Of a DNA stretch of 64,000 nt, positions 41,537 to 58,317 are shown piece after piece. Each line of letters starts with the position of its first letter. Position 1 is the stretch's first letter. The stretch covers positions 15,314,001-15,378,000 of the forward strand of contig CP075493.1 of the NCBI GenBank assembly GCA_021613535.1, in the 5' to 3' direction. This DNA is from Adineta vaga (taxonomy: Eukaryota; Animalia; Rotifera). A program made the position numbers and the translations under genes. The notes under the pieces were generated by a model. The model had not been told where the DNA came from. It was given only the letters and a program-made list of their open reading frames with translations, and did not search any database.

Positions 41537-42559
41537 TTTCACTTTTTGAAGTACACATAACACTCGAATTTAAATCCGAGATTTTCACACTTATTTTGTA
41601 TGAAATAAAGCATTTTTTCATTTGCTGAACATTAAAACAAATCAACAGTTGTCTTTAGAACAAGATCTTTGATAATCTGTTCTTTCTGTCTATCCGCACT
41701 ACTTCTTCACATTGAGCTTAGATGAAAATGGTCTTTTCAGGTATAATTATGGTAAGTAAAACTTGTATACAGAGTATTTGATTCAGGTTTTAAAATCATA
41801 TATCATCATGTCGGTCTCTTTAAAAATGGTTCCTTTCAAGATGCGTTGTTTAATAAAACGAAATGTTCCTGCTATGAGCATATTATAATAATATTACTTT
41901 GCCGCTTGTAGACTAAATTATGTAAGAAGTTTTCGAATTTATTTGTAAGGAGTAGAAGATATAGATATCACTTGTGTGAAATGCATCTGATAAAAATTAG
42001 ACGAACGAAACGTCTTTTAACTCCTCTGAAAGCATACCATATGCCAAGATTTCGAAGCTTGTCGATACTGTCGATTGTCAAACTCGTTGACGAATCCCAC
42101 GTACAAAAAAGAAAACGGCTGCTTTCATGCTAAAAAATACTATTGAATAGATGATAGCTAAAATGTTATATTCATACGCAATGATCCTTTGAACTTTGTC
42201 CTTTCAAGATCAACAGCTGTTAAAAACAGAATAAATGTGTCGGTAGCGCATAGAGTACAAAAAAATGTTAAATGCGTCCGCGAGCATTGTCGTCGTTATC
42301 GCTTCATCCAAACATGAGTTAATACATTCATGGAGAAAAATCTTCTCTTACTTTTTTTCTTTCTCGTTCTTAGAATTGGTGTAGAAAGAAAGGAAAGAAT
42401 TGTCAATAATGACGACGATGCTCAACAGAGACGTCGTGAAGAATGAGAATGACGTCGTTTCTTTTTCTTCACTCCATTCTATATAATAAAGTACTTGTGT
42501 CTCCCACAGACTTCATTTATTGAAATACAGTTTCAAGATACATCACATTTACCAGTCAC

Positions 42560-42760
42560 ATGGGTCAAACACATTGCCGTGAAGGTCGGTATCATCATGA
42601 CTACCGTTTTGGACCACCGACTTGGGAACAGCCTCACTATCATCATGATGGCGGACCCCATTTTGCCAACGATTTTCATTTCCGACCAAGTTTTGGATTC
42701 GGTAATCATCACAATCATCATAATGGTGGCTTTGGAGGTGGTCAACATCATCATCATTAA
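42560..42760 (+). CDS. Small His/Gly-rich protein (66 aa)
   Basis: MGQTHCREGRYHHD..GNHHNHHNGGFGGGQHHHH; TATA-like TATATAA at ~42478; GC-rich against AT-rich flanks. Confidence 0.65.
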   Translation: MGQTHCREGRYHHDYRFGPPTWEQPHYHHDGGPHFANDFHFRPSFGFGNHHNHHNGGFGGGQHHHH

Positions 42761-42768
42761 TAATGAGA

Positions 42769-42826
42769 GAGGGTGTGGGTGTGGTTAATACTCTTCTCTT
42801 CACCCTATACCCACACCCGTCCCCTC
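42769..42826. repeat. Telomere-like palindromic element
   Basis: GAGGGTGTGGGTGTGG-ttaatactcttctctt-CACCCTATACCCACACCCGTCCCCTC. Confidence 0.85.
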
Positions 42827-43028
42827 CTTTTAATAGGAAAATCAATTGATTCATTGTTCGATCATGGAAATAAATGACTAGATTTCCGTATTGCCAATTC
42901 ATATCTATTAACTATCTTTTATTTTTTTCATAGAGATCTTTCTTTGAACAGAACTTTTTCGTAAACAACTAGTCGTGCTATTCCATAATGACAAAAATTG
43001 AATAATTAGTTTTGTTGCGATATCAATT

Positions 43029-43086
43029 TGAGGATGTGGGTGAGGTTCATTCTTACTGTATCACCCACATCCACAACCACCCTCAA
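43029..43086. repeat. Telomere-like palindromic element
   Basis: TGAGGATGTGGGTGAGG-ttcattcttactgta-TCACCCACATCCACAACCACCCTCAA. Confidence 0.85.
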
Positions 43087-43130
43087 TTATTATAATAAAA
43101 GATACAAAAATGTATATATCGTATTGAAGT

Positions 43131-43797
43131 TTATTTTCGACGATGATTTTTCTTTTGATACCATCGATTATCGGAATTAAGTTCAATCAATGATGATTGA
43201 TATTCCCTGATATTCCTAGTTTCATTCCCATTTATCCATAAGTTAATTGATTGTTTTTCGATTTTATCAATAGGAATTGAATTCTTTGTTGATTTCTTTT
43301 TGTTAGTGATAAATAAATACATTTTCTTGGATTTACAGTCATCTTGTATTTTAGCGAATTTTCTTTGAATTTTCTTTCCCGAAAAATTAGTTCTAATTTG
43401 TATATTAATATTATATTTATTTTGTAAATAACGCAAATATTGGCCATTTTTTTCAATAAAACGACCAATTCTTGCACGACGTTCTCGAAAATCTGCTTCT
43501 AGTTCAAATGAAAGCGTCAAATCATACGAAGATTTCAGTAGTTTTGATTGAATTTCTTCACATATATTAATCAATACATTGAGATCGATAATATTCAAAC
43601 CTAAAATAAGGATAAATACAATCATTTCCTTTCACAACAGAATATTTACCTGTTTTTCCATTACATGAACAACATCGGTTTGATAATTCTTGATAAATAT
43701 TATTAGTAAACTTATTTTCACAACGAAGTTGAGCAATAGTGGTATGAAAATTAGATAAATTCTTACGAGAATGTACGATACAATCGTTAGTTGCCAT
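43131..43797 (-). CDS. KH-domain protein (one KH, GxxG loop altered to EKNG), 2 exons
   Basis: MATNDCIVHSRKN..CSCNGKT|GLNIIDLNVLIN..IGRFIEKNGQYLRYLQNKYNINI; paralog of 58318-59287. Confidence 0.75.
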
Positions 43798-44619
43798 TTG
43801 AATTGTAATATCTTCTGAAAAATGAATCGCGAAATCTCTATTTAAATACAAAACATCATCATATAATAAAAGTAAAGAGAAAAATAGCCATTATAATGAT
43901 AATTATAAATGTCATAAACAAATCATATATATATATGAAGAAAAGGGGGAAAATGTCTGCATTACATAGACGTATTGAAATCCCTGTTATCTTTCTATAC
44001 GTTGTGTGATATTTGTTTTGATCATAAAAAACGAATAATTATAGTTATTCATAAAGAGATAAAGAAAAATAGAAACTTTTATTCATCATTGATTTAGTAT
44101 AATATTAAAAAGTCATCGTTGATTTCTGATATAAATAATTATATAAACATGAAAATTAACGTAATATAAGTCAAAACAATGAATGTAATTGATATACATA
44201 ATTTAAATGTTCTCATAAATCTTAAGTAGAAGTTTTCATAGTACGAACGTACATTTCAATCATACATAGAGTAAAAAAAAAGAAGGTCGTGAGGGGTGAT
44301 GGTAATATTAGGTTTCAATGGTTAGAACGAATTTAATAGCATGATAAACCATCACTTTCGGACCTCCGTATATTATTTCAAAAAGAACTGTATGTTAAGT
44401 TGAAACTGAATTCATATGTTGCAATAACTATTCGTCAGAGAACGAATGCAAAATTTCTACGTAATTACTTTGTGAAATAAAAAAGAAGAAAAGAAATATA
44501 CAGAAATTTGTTTTTCTTTAAGTCAGAAATACTGCAACCAAACAAACATATTAAGAGTAAAAGTGTTTGGATGCAAAAAGTTGAATTTATTTATTTTCTT
44601 ACATGACTATTTCTTGTTT

Positions 44620-45500
44620 TGATACTGTAATTTGTCTTCTAAAAATACTATCTTTTAAACGATCTTCCGAAAGCCATTTACCGTCGAGTAAAAGTCTAGC
44701 ACAGTAAGCATCTGGAATGCGACAATGAATGGTTAGATTTGAATCAGGTTAAAGTGCACGATCAAGAGGCTGAAATATTTGACATCTATGTTGAGTAAAT
44801 GTAAACTGAATTGGATCGCACAAGAAAATTGTTTGTCTCGGCAAGAAAAGATCATTAATGTATGTGAACCACTGAGCAGTGGTGCAAAAAGACATTGCCA
44901 CAGTTTTCTATCAGCATCATATTGAATGAGATTATTATTTTTATTCTGACTGGCTCTTCTTTCTTCAATACGACCTATTAAAATACTTCTGCAAGACCAA
45001 AATGCGAATTAAACGATGCTATACTTGAACAAAATGGAGCAATGATATTTAAGTTATGTTCGAAAAATGCTGGTTCAACATATGGTAATCGAATAAAATC
45101 ATCCATCGAAGTAGGATACGTTAACAATTGCCATTTTGGATCTTCTGTTCAGGACGAACTAAGAAATAGAATGGACTTTATTTCTTTTGAGCTCGATTAT
45201 TATTATTCAAATGTCCTTAACCCCATGTTGAATCAATCAGATACCAATGACCTTCGAGACAAACAGTGTTCCATGCATGATTCGTTCGAATGAATGATTC
45301 TTGTTCGATTTTGAAACCACGTCCTTTTCATAACTACTAATTTTCTGGCATTCGATTTGAAGAGCAGTACAAAGAGTTTCACAAATAGTCCCAAATGCAT
45401 CGCAAACTCCTTTTCGGCTGGCAAAAATATCAACTGCAGTCTGACATCGAATAGATCCACTTAAATACAATTCAACATTGTATTAGATATTTTCGTACGT
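44620..45500 (-). pseudogene. Transglutaminase-like (kyphoscoliosis peptidase/Hillarin family) pseudogene
   Basis: KGVCDAFGTICETLCTALQIECQKISSY; LIDSTWG; EDPKWQLLTYP..FIRLPYVEPAFF; multiple frameshifts. Confidence 0.7.
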
Positions 45501-46565
45501 TTGGTGTTATCGACTTAGAAAAGTTATGTTTTTATCGATGTTGTTGTTTTCGATTATTGCGATCGTTTCGTGCTTTTGCAGTATGAGGTCGTTGATATTT
45601 GAGTGAATATTCACTAGCCAAATTTGTAGAACCATAACCTAATTCAATGTATGCACATTCTACAGTCGATGATGGTACTACGGCACTAATAGACGACTCT
45701 GTGCAAACCTTCAAATTTGAAGTTCCTACCCTTTCTTATTCTTATTCATAATAGTCAGAATGAAACAAATCGACTAATTACATCATATTGCAAGAAATTC
45801 AGACAATGGCTCAATTCCACAAGAGTTCAATTGAAAAAAAAATTCGCAAATTATTTTTACCACATTACAATGCAGTTCATTCTGGATATTTTTTAGGAGG
45901 CAAAAGTAAAAAATCTCTACTTGTTTTTACTGATCTTTTTGTATTTTGTTGCTACATGATTCTATCTTTCATGTGTGTACCAACAAAGACCTAAACATTG
46001 ACGCTCACAAATCATTTTCATTCACAATAGACTCACTAGCTTCTTTACCCTCGTGGAGCGTCAGCAGCTGATTTTCTATTAAGATCCACTTTGTCTATTT
46101 CAATAAAAATTTATTCTTAATAGTTTAAAAATAATTTTCAAAGCAATTTAGATATAAAACTGAATTCTTAAGACATTCATTGAGGTGCATTGTATTGTCA
46201 ATGAATATTTTTTATTCTAGGTTCTTTTAAAATAAATGATTACTTTCTATCTTTTTCTCATAGAAGAAAAAAAATCTTATAAAATTGTTGTTTTCATCTC
46301 CTATAATGACTCGCCATAAACCAGATCAATATTTTGAAATTTGATACAAATATATGTATATTTATCTTAGCTTTTCATATACTTATTTTGAATATTTAAG
46401 TAAATAATATAAATCGTTCGCATACGTCATCCATGTACTTATTCTGATATTATTTGTGATGAATAATCATGTAAAATAAGATTAATGTATATTTAACTAT
46501 TACTTATTTTTCAAAATCTTGATATAAATACTTTCGTTTAACAGATCTATTTATGAAAGACTTCA

Positions 46566-49364
<2,799 letters not shown>

Positions 49365-50380
49365 TATAATTTTGAAAGATGCTTCTTACAATAAAACAAC
49401 GATATCATAAACTATTATTCTCAATTCTGTATAAATGTGAATTGCGAGAACACAGAACTTCGTCTTGTTGACCATTTTTTGGACGATTCAGAATTCATCA
49501 GTATGAAATAAAGTATTGAATAAGTTGTGAAAGGTATAACTATAGTCTGGATGGACTATTGGTAGGGACAAAGACCTGTCTGTTAGATGAAATGGTGTGC
49601 GCGTACAGTATTTATAGTTATCCATTGCTAAAGTCAAGATTTTGTGAAAATGTGCGTTGCCGAACTTAGGATAATGCATTTTTGCCTCTCTCAAGATTGA
49701 ATCGAACGAAATCAAAGAGAAGAAAAAAAATATAAAAAAAACATTGATCGTTTTTGCTCTAACAGTTGTCCACTCTTCTTCAAAAATAAAAATTACTGCA
49801 CAGGAAATCAGATTTTCTGTTTATTGATCTTGATTTAATAATTTCAATTAAAGAAATCTTTCGATATATACAGAATTATGTAAACAGTGTTTTTTTTGTA
49901 AAAAAAATAGTGGAGAATATATATGATAATGAAGCAAGAAAATCAAGAATAGAAAAAACGAACACGATGAGAAAATGGAAAAAGAATGCTATGTACATGA
50001 TAATATGTTCATCAAATAAAATATTAGTAGATTTACGCTGTACATTCCGTTGTTATAAACAGCGACCAGAAACGTAGGAGGGAGATTATTTTAGTTGTTT
50101 CTTCGTAAGACACAGTAACGTTAACAAACCATAAAATCAAATACTAATTTTGTTTCTCTTTAATTGTATGTGGATGTCCTCAAAGTTAGAAACGATACTC
50201 ACATCTACAAATTTATTAACATAAAAGATAATTTATTGTAGTTAGAAGAAGAATTTAAAATACATTGAAATTTTGTTCATTTATTTTTCAATGTTAAATT
50301 AAGTTATTAATTTTGGATGTTCATTCTCATAATGCTTTGTGAATGCAACGATCTTTGTATTAACTTCAGTTATTCTATTT

Positions 50381-50449
50381 TGAGGGTGTGGGTTCTATCT
50401 TTTATCAATACATCCGCATCAGCAACCACATACACACCTACATCATCAA
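50381..50449. repeat. Telomere-like palindromic element
   Basis: TGAGGGTGTGGGT-tctatcttttatcaatacatccgcatcagcaa-CCACATACACACCTACATCATCAA. Confidence 0.75.
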
Positions 50450-50597
50450 GCACAACATTTTCCTCATATATTTCATATGATTTAATTGAATAAAACTGTT
50501 CTGTTCAGTCAAAAGTTAGTTCGTGTTTAATGGTAAGTAAATCAATATCAAAGGTAAAAATCAAGTATCACAAAAAGGTTTCATAGGAGTAACTCTA

Positions 50598-52746
50598 TTA
50601 CCACGATGGATCTACTTCTTTTAAGCCAATAATATGCATTTTATCCGCAGATCTCATTACAGTCGTGACTTCATAACAAAATCCGGGCATTAGTAGTACC
50701 TGCTCCTCATCATGAAAGCAATCATACTTTCTTATGTCTTTTCCATTTTTACATTCGATTGTGAATATGACACGTTCCTGTGATTGAGACATAAAATGCT
50801 CCACGCACCTGCCATTTGTCGTCGCACTTGTCACACCCCACCAAACGCCTCTTACCCCTCTCTGATAAGCATGTGCAATGTTCCCCGGTACCGCACGCCA
50901 GACAACTCCTTGATGGGATGGTAATTTAATTAATGCTGTCATGAATAACTTTAAATATAAAAACCATGGTTTGATATCATCTCTTTTCTCTGAGCGTAGT
51001 GTTTGATTCAAAACTTGATAGAGAGAAATTTCTTGCATGTCCATTGTATAAATATATATAGAGGCTGATTCGTCAGGCGTCAGCTCATGATTGAAAATGT
51101 CCCTGGTATTTCTTTTGGCCACATATATATGGCCATCCAGATCCGGAATAAGTTCTGTAATTGGTTTTAAAGCCTCTTCCAAACATAGTAAGGGAGCCTT
51201 CTCGAAACCACTTATCGGTATACGTGTCGTTGTTGGTAATTTATCTTGATTGGTGATAAACGCTCTATAATAATCATATTTCAGAAAAGTATACATTCTG
51301 TCTTACAAAAAATGACTAGACAAAATAAACTTACTCTTCTTGTTCTTTTAATTGTTTGACTTCACTTATTAGTTCTTTTAGCTTAATAAGAACTGCTTTG
51401 ATCTAAAATATCAAATTCAATCCATATATTATTATATTAAGTAATACACGATAATAAGTTATACAGAATGAGTTGACTTCTTTATCACAAGCATGCAAGT
51501 ATCGAAATAAATTATACTCAACAGCTTTAAGATTGACGTCATCCTCTGTATGAATTTACTTTGAGCATAACCGTTGTCGAAATATTCTACTCGCATAATC
51601 TGATATACAATAAGATTATCATTTTGAAATTCAACGCAAAATCTCAGAAATTTTGTAAGTATTCTAGATAACAACATTACTAACCTTTGTAAAATGTTTA
51701 GCCCATTTTTCATTTCCTTCTTTGTCCATACAATATACTATAATAATGACTAATTGAGTTAGATCATGTACATTGGGTACAAACTGTTGTCCAATTTGTC
51801 CACCAACAATGAATATTATTCGATCATTTGATTTTTGTTTGATAAACCACTCACATTCTTCGGATGATTTGAATGTTTGAAAATTATCTGGAAATAATTG
51901 ACGGAGTTTTTCTTGAGTTTTGATATTATCTGTCGTTTTGTCCATACTCGGATGAAGCCATACTAGAAACACTTTGGGTGCTAATCCTGGTACACTGCCT
52001 GGCAAAGCGACAGAAGCTACTCTTGCTGAAAAGACCTTCATTTCTTCAGGTGTCGGAGTTGTTTCTTCACAGGTCACAATAAATAAATTTTCGGCTGGAT
52101 TTGATCGTCCTTTAACTCGTATGAATGTACCTGGTGGAAGAATTGTTTCACTTTCTTTCGGAAAACGTGAATGATTTTTTATCGCTTTTCCGTAAAAGCA
52201 TTGGATACTGAATAATGTACGCTGTTTTGTTTTGTCAAGAAATGTATCAGTTACATGGATTTGATCCGTACATGAACTAGCTGCGTGCCAGACATGAATA
52301 CTACCTGGAGAATACTCAACACTAACATCAGCAGTTACACCTCGCCATACTATACCTTGAATAGATGGAAGTTTCTTTAGTGCAGACATAAATAGTTTAT
52401 AATAATCATGAAATGGTATTGATTTAGTGCAATCTTCACTTCGTAATACACCATTAAATGTTGTGTAGAATTCACCTGGGAGCGAATAGAGATATAAAGC
52501 AGCAGATTCATCTCGTGTCAGACCATCCTTGGGATACTGGCAACTGCACAATGATTGTGTCACTTGATCCAATAAATAGGGAACTAACTTTGCTTTTTCA
52601 ATAGGTTTTACACATTCCATTAATCCAAGTTGTTCTTGATTACTTTTACTAATTGGAATATGTAATGGGAGTAATGGTTTCTTTGGTTCTTCGCTCACGT
52701 CGAAAAAACGTCGACGATCGCTGGGATCTCGAGTTTCACTGGCCAT
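50598..52746 (-). CDS. Tandem mono-ADP-ribosyltransferase protein (ART - linker domain - ART), exons 52746-51685, 51402-51335, 51264-50598
   Basis: ART1: VWRGV, WHAASSCT, PKESETILPPG. ART2: VWRAV, WWGVTSAT, DEEQVLLMPG. The 68-nt middle exon IKAVLIKLKELISEVKQLKEQE links both ORFs with compatible splice phases. Confidence 0.85.
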
Positions 52747-54152
52747 TTATAGATAAATAAAGCAATCTAAAGAGCAAAAACGGGTATGAGTGTGATTACA
52801 GAACGAAATTGTTCGAGGTGTAAGATATCCGACAGCTGGGCGCGACCTTTTTCAGGACGGATTCGCTTAGGTTTAGTCACAATGGTTCCAAATAGAACTT
52901 CACAAGTTCCGTCGATATTATAAAAAAGATTCCTACAAAAATGTAAAGAAACTGAAAAAAATCAGCAGAAATACGAAAAATCGAGGCAATCTGTGAGGAT
53001 TCACTACTTTTCAATAGGTTTCCAACACTAATTGCAGCTCCACGAGCTCCATCTATTTCAATAATAATATTTTCTTCACTCTCATCCTTCTCTGCTACGC
53101 TCTTGCCTGCATTTATGTATGCATCCTGTCTACTAGTGTACGCACTTTTCTTATCAACAAAATCTTCCGATGAAAAGTAAGAATGTTTTTCTGCATCAGC
53201 ATGTGACAACGATAAATATTAAAAAGAAACTCTTTACAGAGGCAAGCAACAGAATAGGGGAATAGTCAGTGATTCTGCAGAGCAAAGAAAAGCGCATAAA
53301 ATGACTGTACATAAGTGTAAGAAAAACAAAGAAAATGACGCAGTGCATTACTTTATGGCGATTTAGTAAATATTCTCTCATTGTCAATGGTGATAGTTTT
53401 TTGTATGCATAAGGGCGACTACTTTTATTTTATTTAATACGACAGATTCTGGTATACATCTACACTACATTAGTGTAATAGAGATATCAATTTTAATAAA
53501 ATAAATATGTTCAGAAATGTATTTTCTCATTCATTTTGAATGAATGAAAGTGCTTTAGTATTCCTAACTGAAACAAACGTTTTACATAAGAACAAGAGAA
53601 TCGAAAATGAAACACTTTTCAAAATTTTGCTTTGCTATTTCGTCCTTACATGTCATTGAGTCAAATTCGACAAAAGGAAAAACAGTAATAAGACAATCAC
53701 CGGCGTTTATAAATGATTCTCTTCTTAAAGAAAAAATACAATGTAAACAAAACAGAATGTGTTTTTAATTCACTTTTTACAATCACAGAAAAATAAGGAG
53801 TCTCTGGAAAATAAAAGTACGAGATTGTGACGACTAAATTTAAGAAGTGCGACGACAAAATAAAATTTCGAACGATAAATTTGTTTAAAACATTGATCTT
53901 ACTAATGATTTAGCTTATCACTAGTCACTAATATAGAAATGTATAGATTTTTATTTACTCTTGATAATTTCGATTGCTTATTGACTCGTTAAGAAAGTTG
54001 CAATAATTGAATTTAAAATATATATGTGTTATCTCGTTCTATTTCATAGAATTTATTCTTTCCCCAAACTTTGCCATCGATAAACTTACTGATATAATAT
54101 ATCCAACAAGAGATATGGTCATCATTTGGAATTTCAATGGAACACATTTATA

Positions 54153-54204
54153 AAGGTGTGGGTGGGTAACATTTTATTTTACATGAGCTTTCATTCACAT
54201 TCTC
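54153..54204. repeat. Telomere-like palindromic element (degenerate right arm)
   Basis: AAGGTGTGGGTGGGT ... TCATTCACATTCTC. Confidence 0.55.
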
Positions 54205-55226
54205 TTTTGTTTAAGTTATATTTAGATACGATTAGTATACAACACTTTCTCACTCTAACAGACTCTATATTGATACGACACAAACCAGTTTAACCTTATT
54301 CTTCTTTTTATCTGTTCTATAATACTATAAACAAATAAAAGCGCGCAAAGAACCGATACCAGCAATACGCATAGGAAAAGTGTGAGTGTGAGTGTGTGTT
54401 CTGATTTTGGGAGGATACTATCATCTTTTTTCAATAACGGTAGTTTCAGTGGAATTATTATTGGCTCATGAGGTTCTGTGAAGTTATTTTATCGCAAGAA
54501 AGCGCAGGCTGAGGCTCCCACAATCTTGAAAGCCGAACAACCGGATCGTGACGTGTCCTAATGAAAGAGAAGACTCACGTAATAAAAATCTCTAACCGTA
54601 ATGATGCAGACGATGTTGTTGATGGTGCAAATTTCTTTATTGATGAAAATCAATAAATAGACAAAAACGATCACACGATAGAGAAAACGAAAAGCAACGA
54701 AACAAACCAACAAAGGAGAAAAACAACGATACAATATAAATGACGTAATAATATACGGACATAATATTGCGTAATAAAAGATCATCGAAAACATCTCATG
54801 GAGATCACAGAATAGAAGCATAACAGAAAGAAAAGAATATGTGAATATATACTAACCATAGTTAGTGTCATAAAGCGTCATATGTTGACACTAACAGGTT
54901 CATTCATACAACAAAATATAAAGTATTATACCATGTCGAAAGAATTATATCATGTTATGAACTAAATCGAACTGAGAACCTTGCTGTGAACTATTAGAAA
55001 AACTACTTTTTTCTAACTTTCTCTAAGTATTTTCACATACTCCGAGTGATGCTCAAAAATCCTGTTGCAAAAGTCTTCGGACAAATTTGTTCTACATATA
55101 TCACATGTTAGCGCCACCATTTTTTCTTTCTTTATGTATCACTTGATAAAGGGTTAAAAGAACACTAATTTGATGTAAAATAAGTCATTTGATTTTTGTT
55201 CTAAATCAAAATGACACGTCCAGAAA

Positions 55227-55318
55227 GAGTGTGTGAGGGTGAGAGTATGAATGAGTGTGAGTTCTTTATCTTTCATCAATACATCCGCATCAGCAATCAC
55301 TCGCACGCCCACACGCTC
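55227..55318. repeat. Telomere-like palindromic element sharing its spacer with 50381-50449
   Basis: GTGTGAGGGTGAGAGT..GAGTGTGAGT-tctttatctttcatcaatacatccgcatcagcaa-TCACTCGCACGCCCACACGCTC. Confidence 0.75.
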
Positions 55319-56762
55319 TTTTTACTACAGATGTCGTTCCTGTCATATGATAACTAAACGAAAATACTAGTGACTAGCAGAAAAAAAATAAAAAGAAGAA
55401 CATAAAAAATAATATCTTAATAGAGGCAAAAAATTAAATAAAAGATATTGTCTGGTTTATTGTCGATTTATAGTAGTATAAGACCGATGATATAATGTAT
55501 AGTTGGGTGGTTCCATGTACTATTTATGATATAAATATGAGATAGAAATTCTAACTTTTAAATAACTAATCGTCGAAAACTAGGTGTCCGGTCTATCTCC
55601 GCCCGGAGGATAAAGTTTAAAAATGCATTGTAGGCAGAATTAATAAAATATCTAGATCATTTATCGATAACGAATGTTAAATTATTATTACCAGAGCTTA
55701 TACCGAATAATTTATTTTTCGAGTACCACATTTCTTTTGCTAACGCTTCGATAATCGTTTTTATGCATTTTCATTGGTCAATAACTGTTGATAAATTAAC
55801 GAGGAATGTATTTAAAATCATTGGAATAATCCAGGTCGAACGAAACGGTCCATATTTTTGTGCTGATGAAAACCGATAAATTCACATAATTTATCTTATT
55901 TATTTTCATTCATCTTCTATAAAACTCCATGTATTGTTCCATTTCTTCAATCGAAAATAATTGACCATAATTGTTTTATTTTATCATGGAGGAATGAGTT
56001 TAATTTGGTAGTTAGTAAGATTCGATCAAAATCATCGTTGAGCGATGCATTAAATTCACCATTTCGATTTATACCAATGCATCATTGTTAACTTCTGCAA
56101 GCTGTTCACTTTCGATGCTCTTTCGAAAATTATGATGTAAACAAATGAACATCAGTGATATAAAAGGCGGGCCAGACGTCCTGACCGAAGTTATATAATA
56201 GATCTTTTTTAAAACGTATTTGTAGGTTTATTTACATCAGAAAAAAAGAAGAATAGTGATTACAGAGGTTGGAAGAGACAATAGAACAGATAAAAATAGA
56301 GAATACATAGAGTGAATATATACAGTTCGAAAAATATATCAAATACTTAAAGACAACACGTACAAAGATCTGGAAGTGTTGACGAATATTGTGAAAGTTT
56401 GATCTGACAGAAAATGAAGATAATTAGACACTGAAAACTAATTATACAATGGTTTAAAAAGGACTATAAAATATTGAGAATTAATGGTTAGTTTATATTT
56501 TATGAAGCCTGTAACTTTTCTTACCAGTGACAAATTTATAAATACGTGTTTTGTAAAAGAAAAATATTACGCAAATCCGATTAGGACTTCCGGTCCACCC
56601 TCTATTCTAGAGAGAAGGAGACGAAGACGATAGAATATTGAAAATATCCTATAAGATTCCCTTTCTCCTATGGGAAAGCTTGTATATCCATACACTTTTG
56701 TAATAGCAGATAACAATACGAAAAGAAAACGAAGAGGTAATTAACAATGACACAATGATACA

Positions 56763-56813
56763 AAGGTGTGGGTGTCAGCATGAATCTCTCTTACACTCGC
56801 ACGTACCATCTTC
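56763..56813. repeat. Telomere-like palindromic element (degenerate)
   Basis: AAGGTGTGGGTGT ... ACACTCGCACGTACCATCTTC. Confidence 0.55.
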
Positions 56814-58317
56814 AAAATGTCAGATGACATGTAAACAAGACGCCATTTTTATGAAAAAATGTTAAGAGATTGAATAAAGTTGACCGATAATTATTTTAGG
56901 AGACAGGGAAACGAAGAAATTAAAATTGCAAAAGTTAATCACGTGACATTTGAAAAGCTTCTAAGCAAAACAAGTTAATCGTTGTTTTCTTACGCATATA
57001 TAAGACAAAAATCCAAAAGTACATGTAACGAAATTTTTTTTATTTCCCTATCGCCTTCTTCTCCCTCTCATGATAATCGAATGATTTTGTTTATGATTGG
57101 AATCATTTATGTTACTCTTAAAAGATCTTGATTGAATTTCGGTTTACGATTAATTGCAATAAACTAAACAAGAAATATGAAAAGTGGATAAAAACTCATG
57201 AAACATCCTGCATAATCAAAATAAAAATTTGATAAAAGAAACATCTTTCATTTGGAATAATACCTTGGAAAAAAGGCATGCACGAAAGTTGAAATGCTTC
57301 GCTTGATAATGGTAGTTATTCAAGAAGTTTGTAAGCTATCGTTTGTGATGAAGCCTTGAGCTTGTGTGGTAAGACTGGTACATTTACATTACTTTGGTGT
57401 TACGTAACTAGTGAATACTAAATTCCCTCGACTGAAAGGAGATTAGTGCGAAAACAAATAAAAATTCATCTATATGCATGTATGTTCGGAGAAATATCGA
57501 TTTTTGGATTTTTTTCAAATACTGCACAACTCTGCAACAAGGGATGTGTAATAAAAAAATGACGTATCGTGTGGATGTCACAGTATACATGAATATTTAA
57601 CGTTTATGTAGATTGTTACTCACATTCTCCCATACATATATACCGATGAAATACTTCTCTTTATGACATATTTTTCTTTTGCATTTTGTCTCTGACGAAT
57701 AGTTATTACACCATATCAATTTAGTTTCAATTTAACATACTGTTCTATTCAAATCATAAACGGAGGTCCGAAATTGATGGGTTATCTATTAAATTACATG
57801 TTCTAACTATTGAAATCTAAAATTACCATCACCCCTCATGACCTTCTTTTTTTTATTCAGTATCATAGAAGAATCTACATACATATCGAAAAATCGCTAT
57901 ATTTATTGGACCATAGTTTCAGATTAAAACTTTATTAATTATATTTTCGAAAATAACCAATAGATGATCCTTTGTGTATAATTTCAATCCTATATACACC
58001 AACTATATTAATCGCTTTGTCTTATTTCTATTTTAGTGATTTAATTAGTAAAATAAAAAATAAATGAAACTTTAAACTATGAGTAATGTTGAAAGAGGTA
58101 TTGCACAACAATGTATAGAAAGTCAAAATGGATTTCGACATGTGTATGTAATTAACTGTTATGTCATAAAAGGACTATTTTTTTTCTTTTCTTCACATAT
58201 ATATATATATTTGTATTCATCTACAACGAATCTATAGTGATTGTAGTGAATATTTTCGTAAGACACAAGTCAGACTGTTTTTTTCCTTTATTTTTAATCG
58301 ATTGAATTTCAATTCTA

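Noticed and set aside
42495-42902. Overlapping ORFs in other frames and strands around the His-rich gene
   Set aside because: By-products of CAT/GGT low-complexity sequence
52877-53387. ORFs 52877-53209 and 53196-53387
   Set aside because: No recognisable motif or gene structure; cannot support a call
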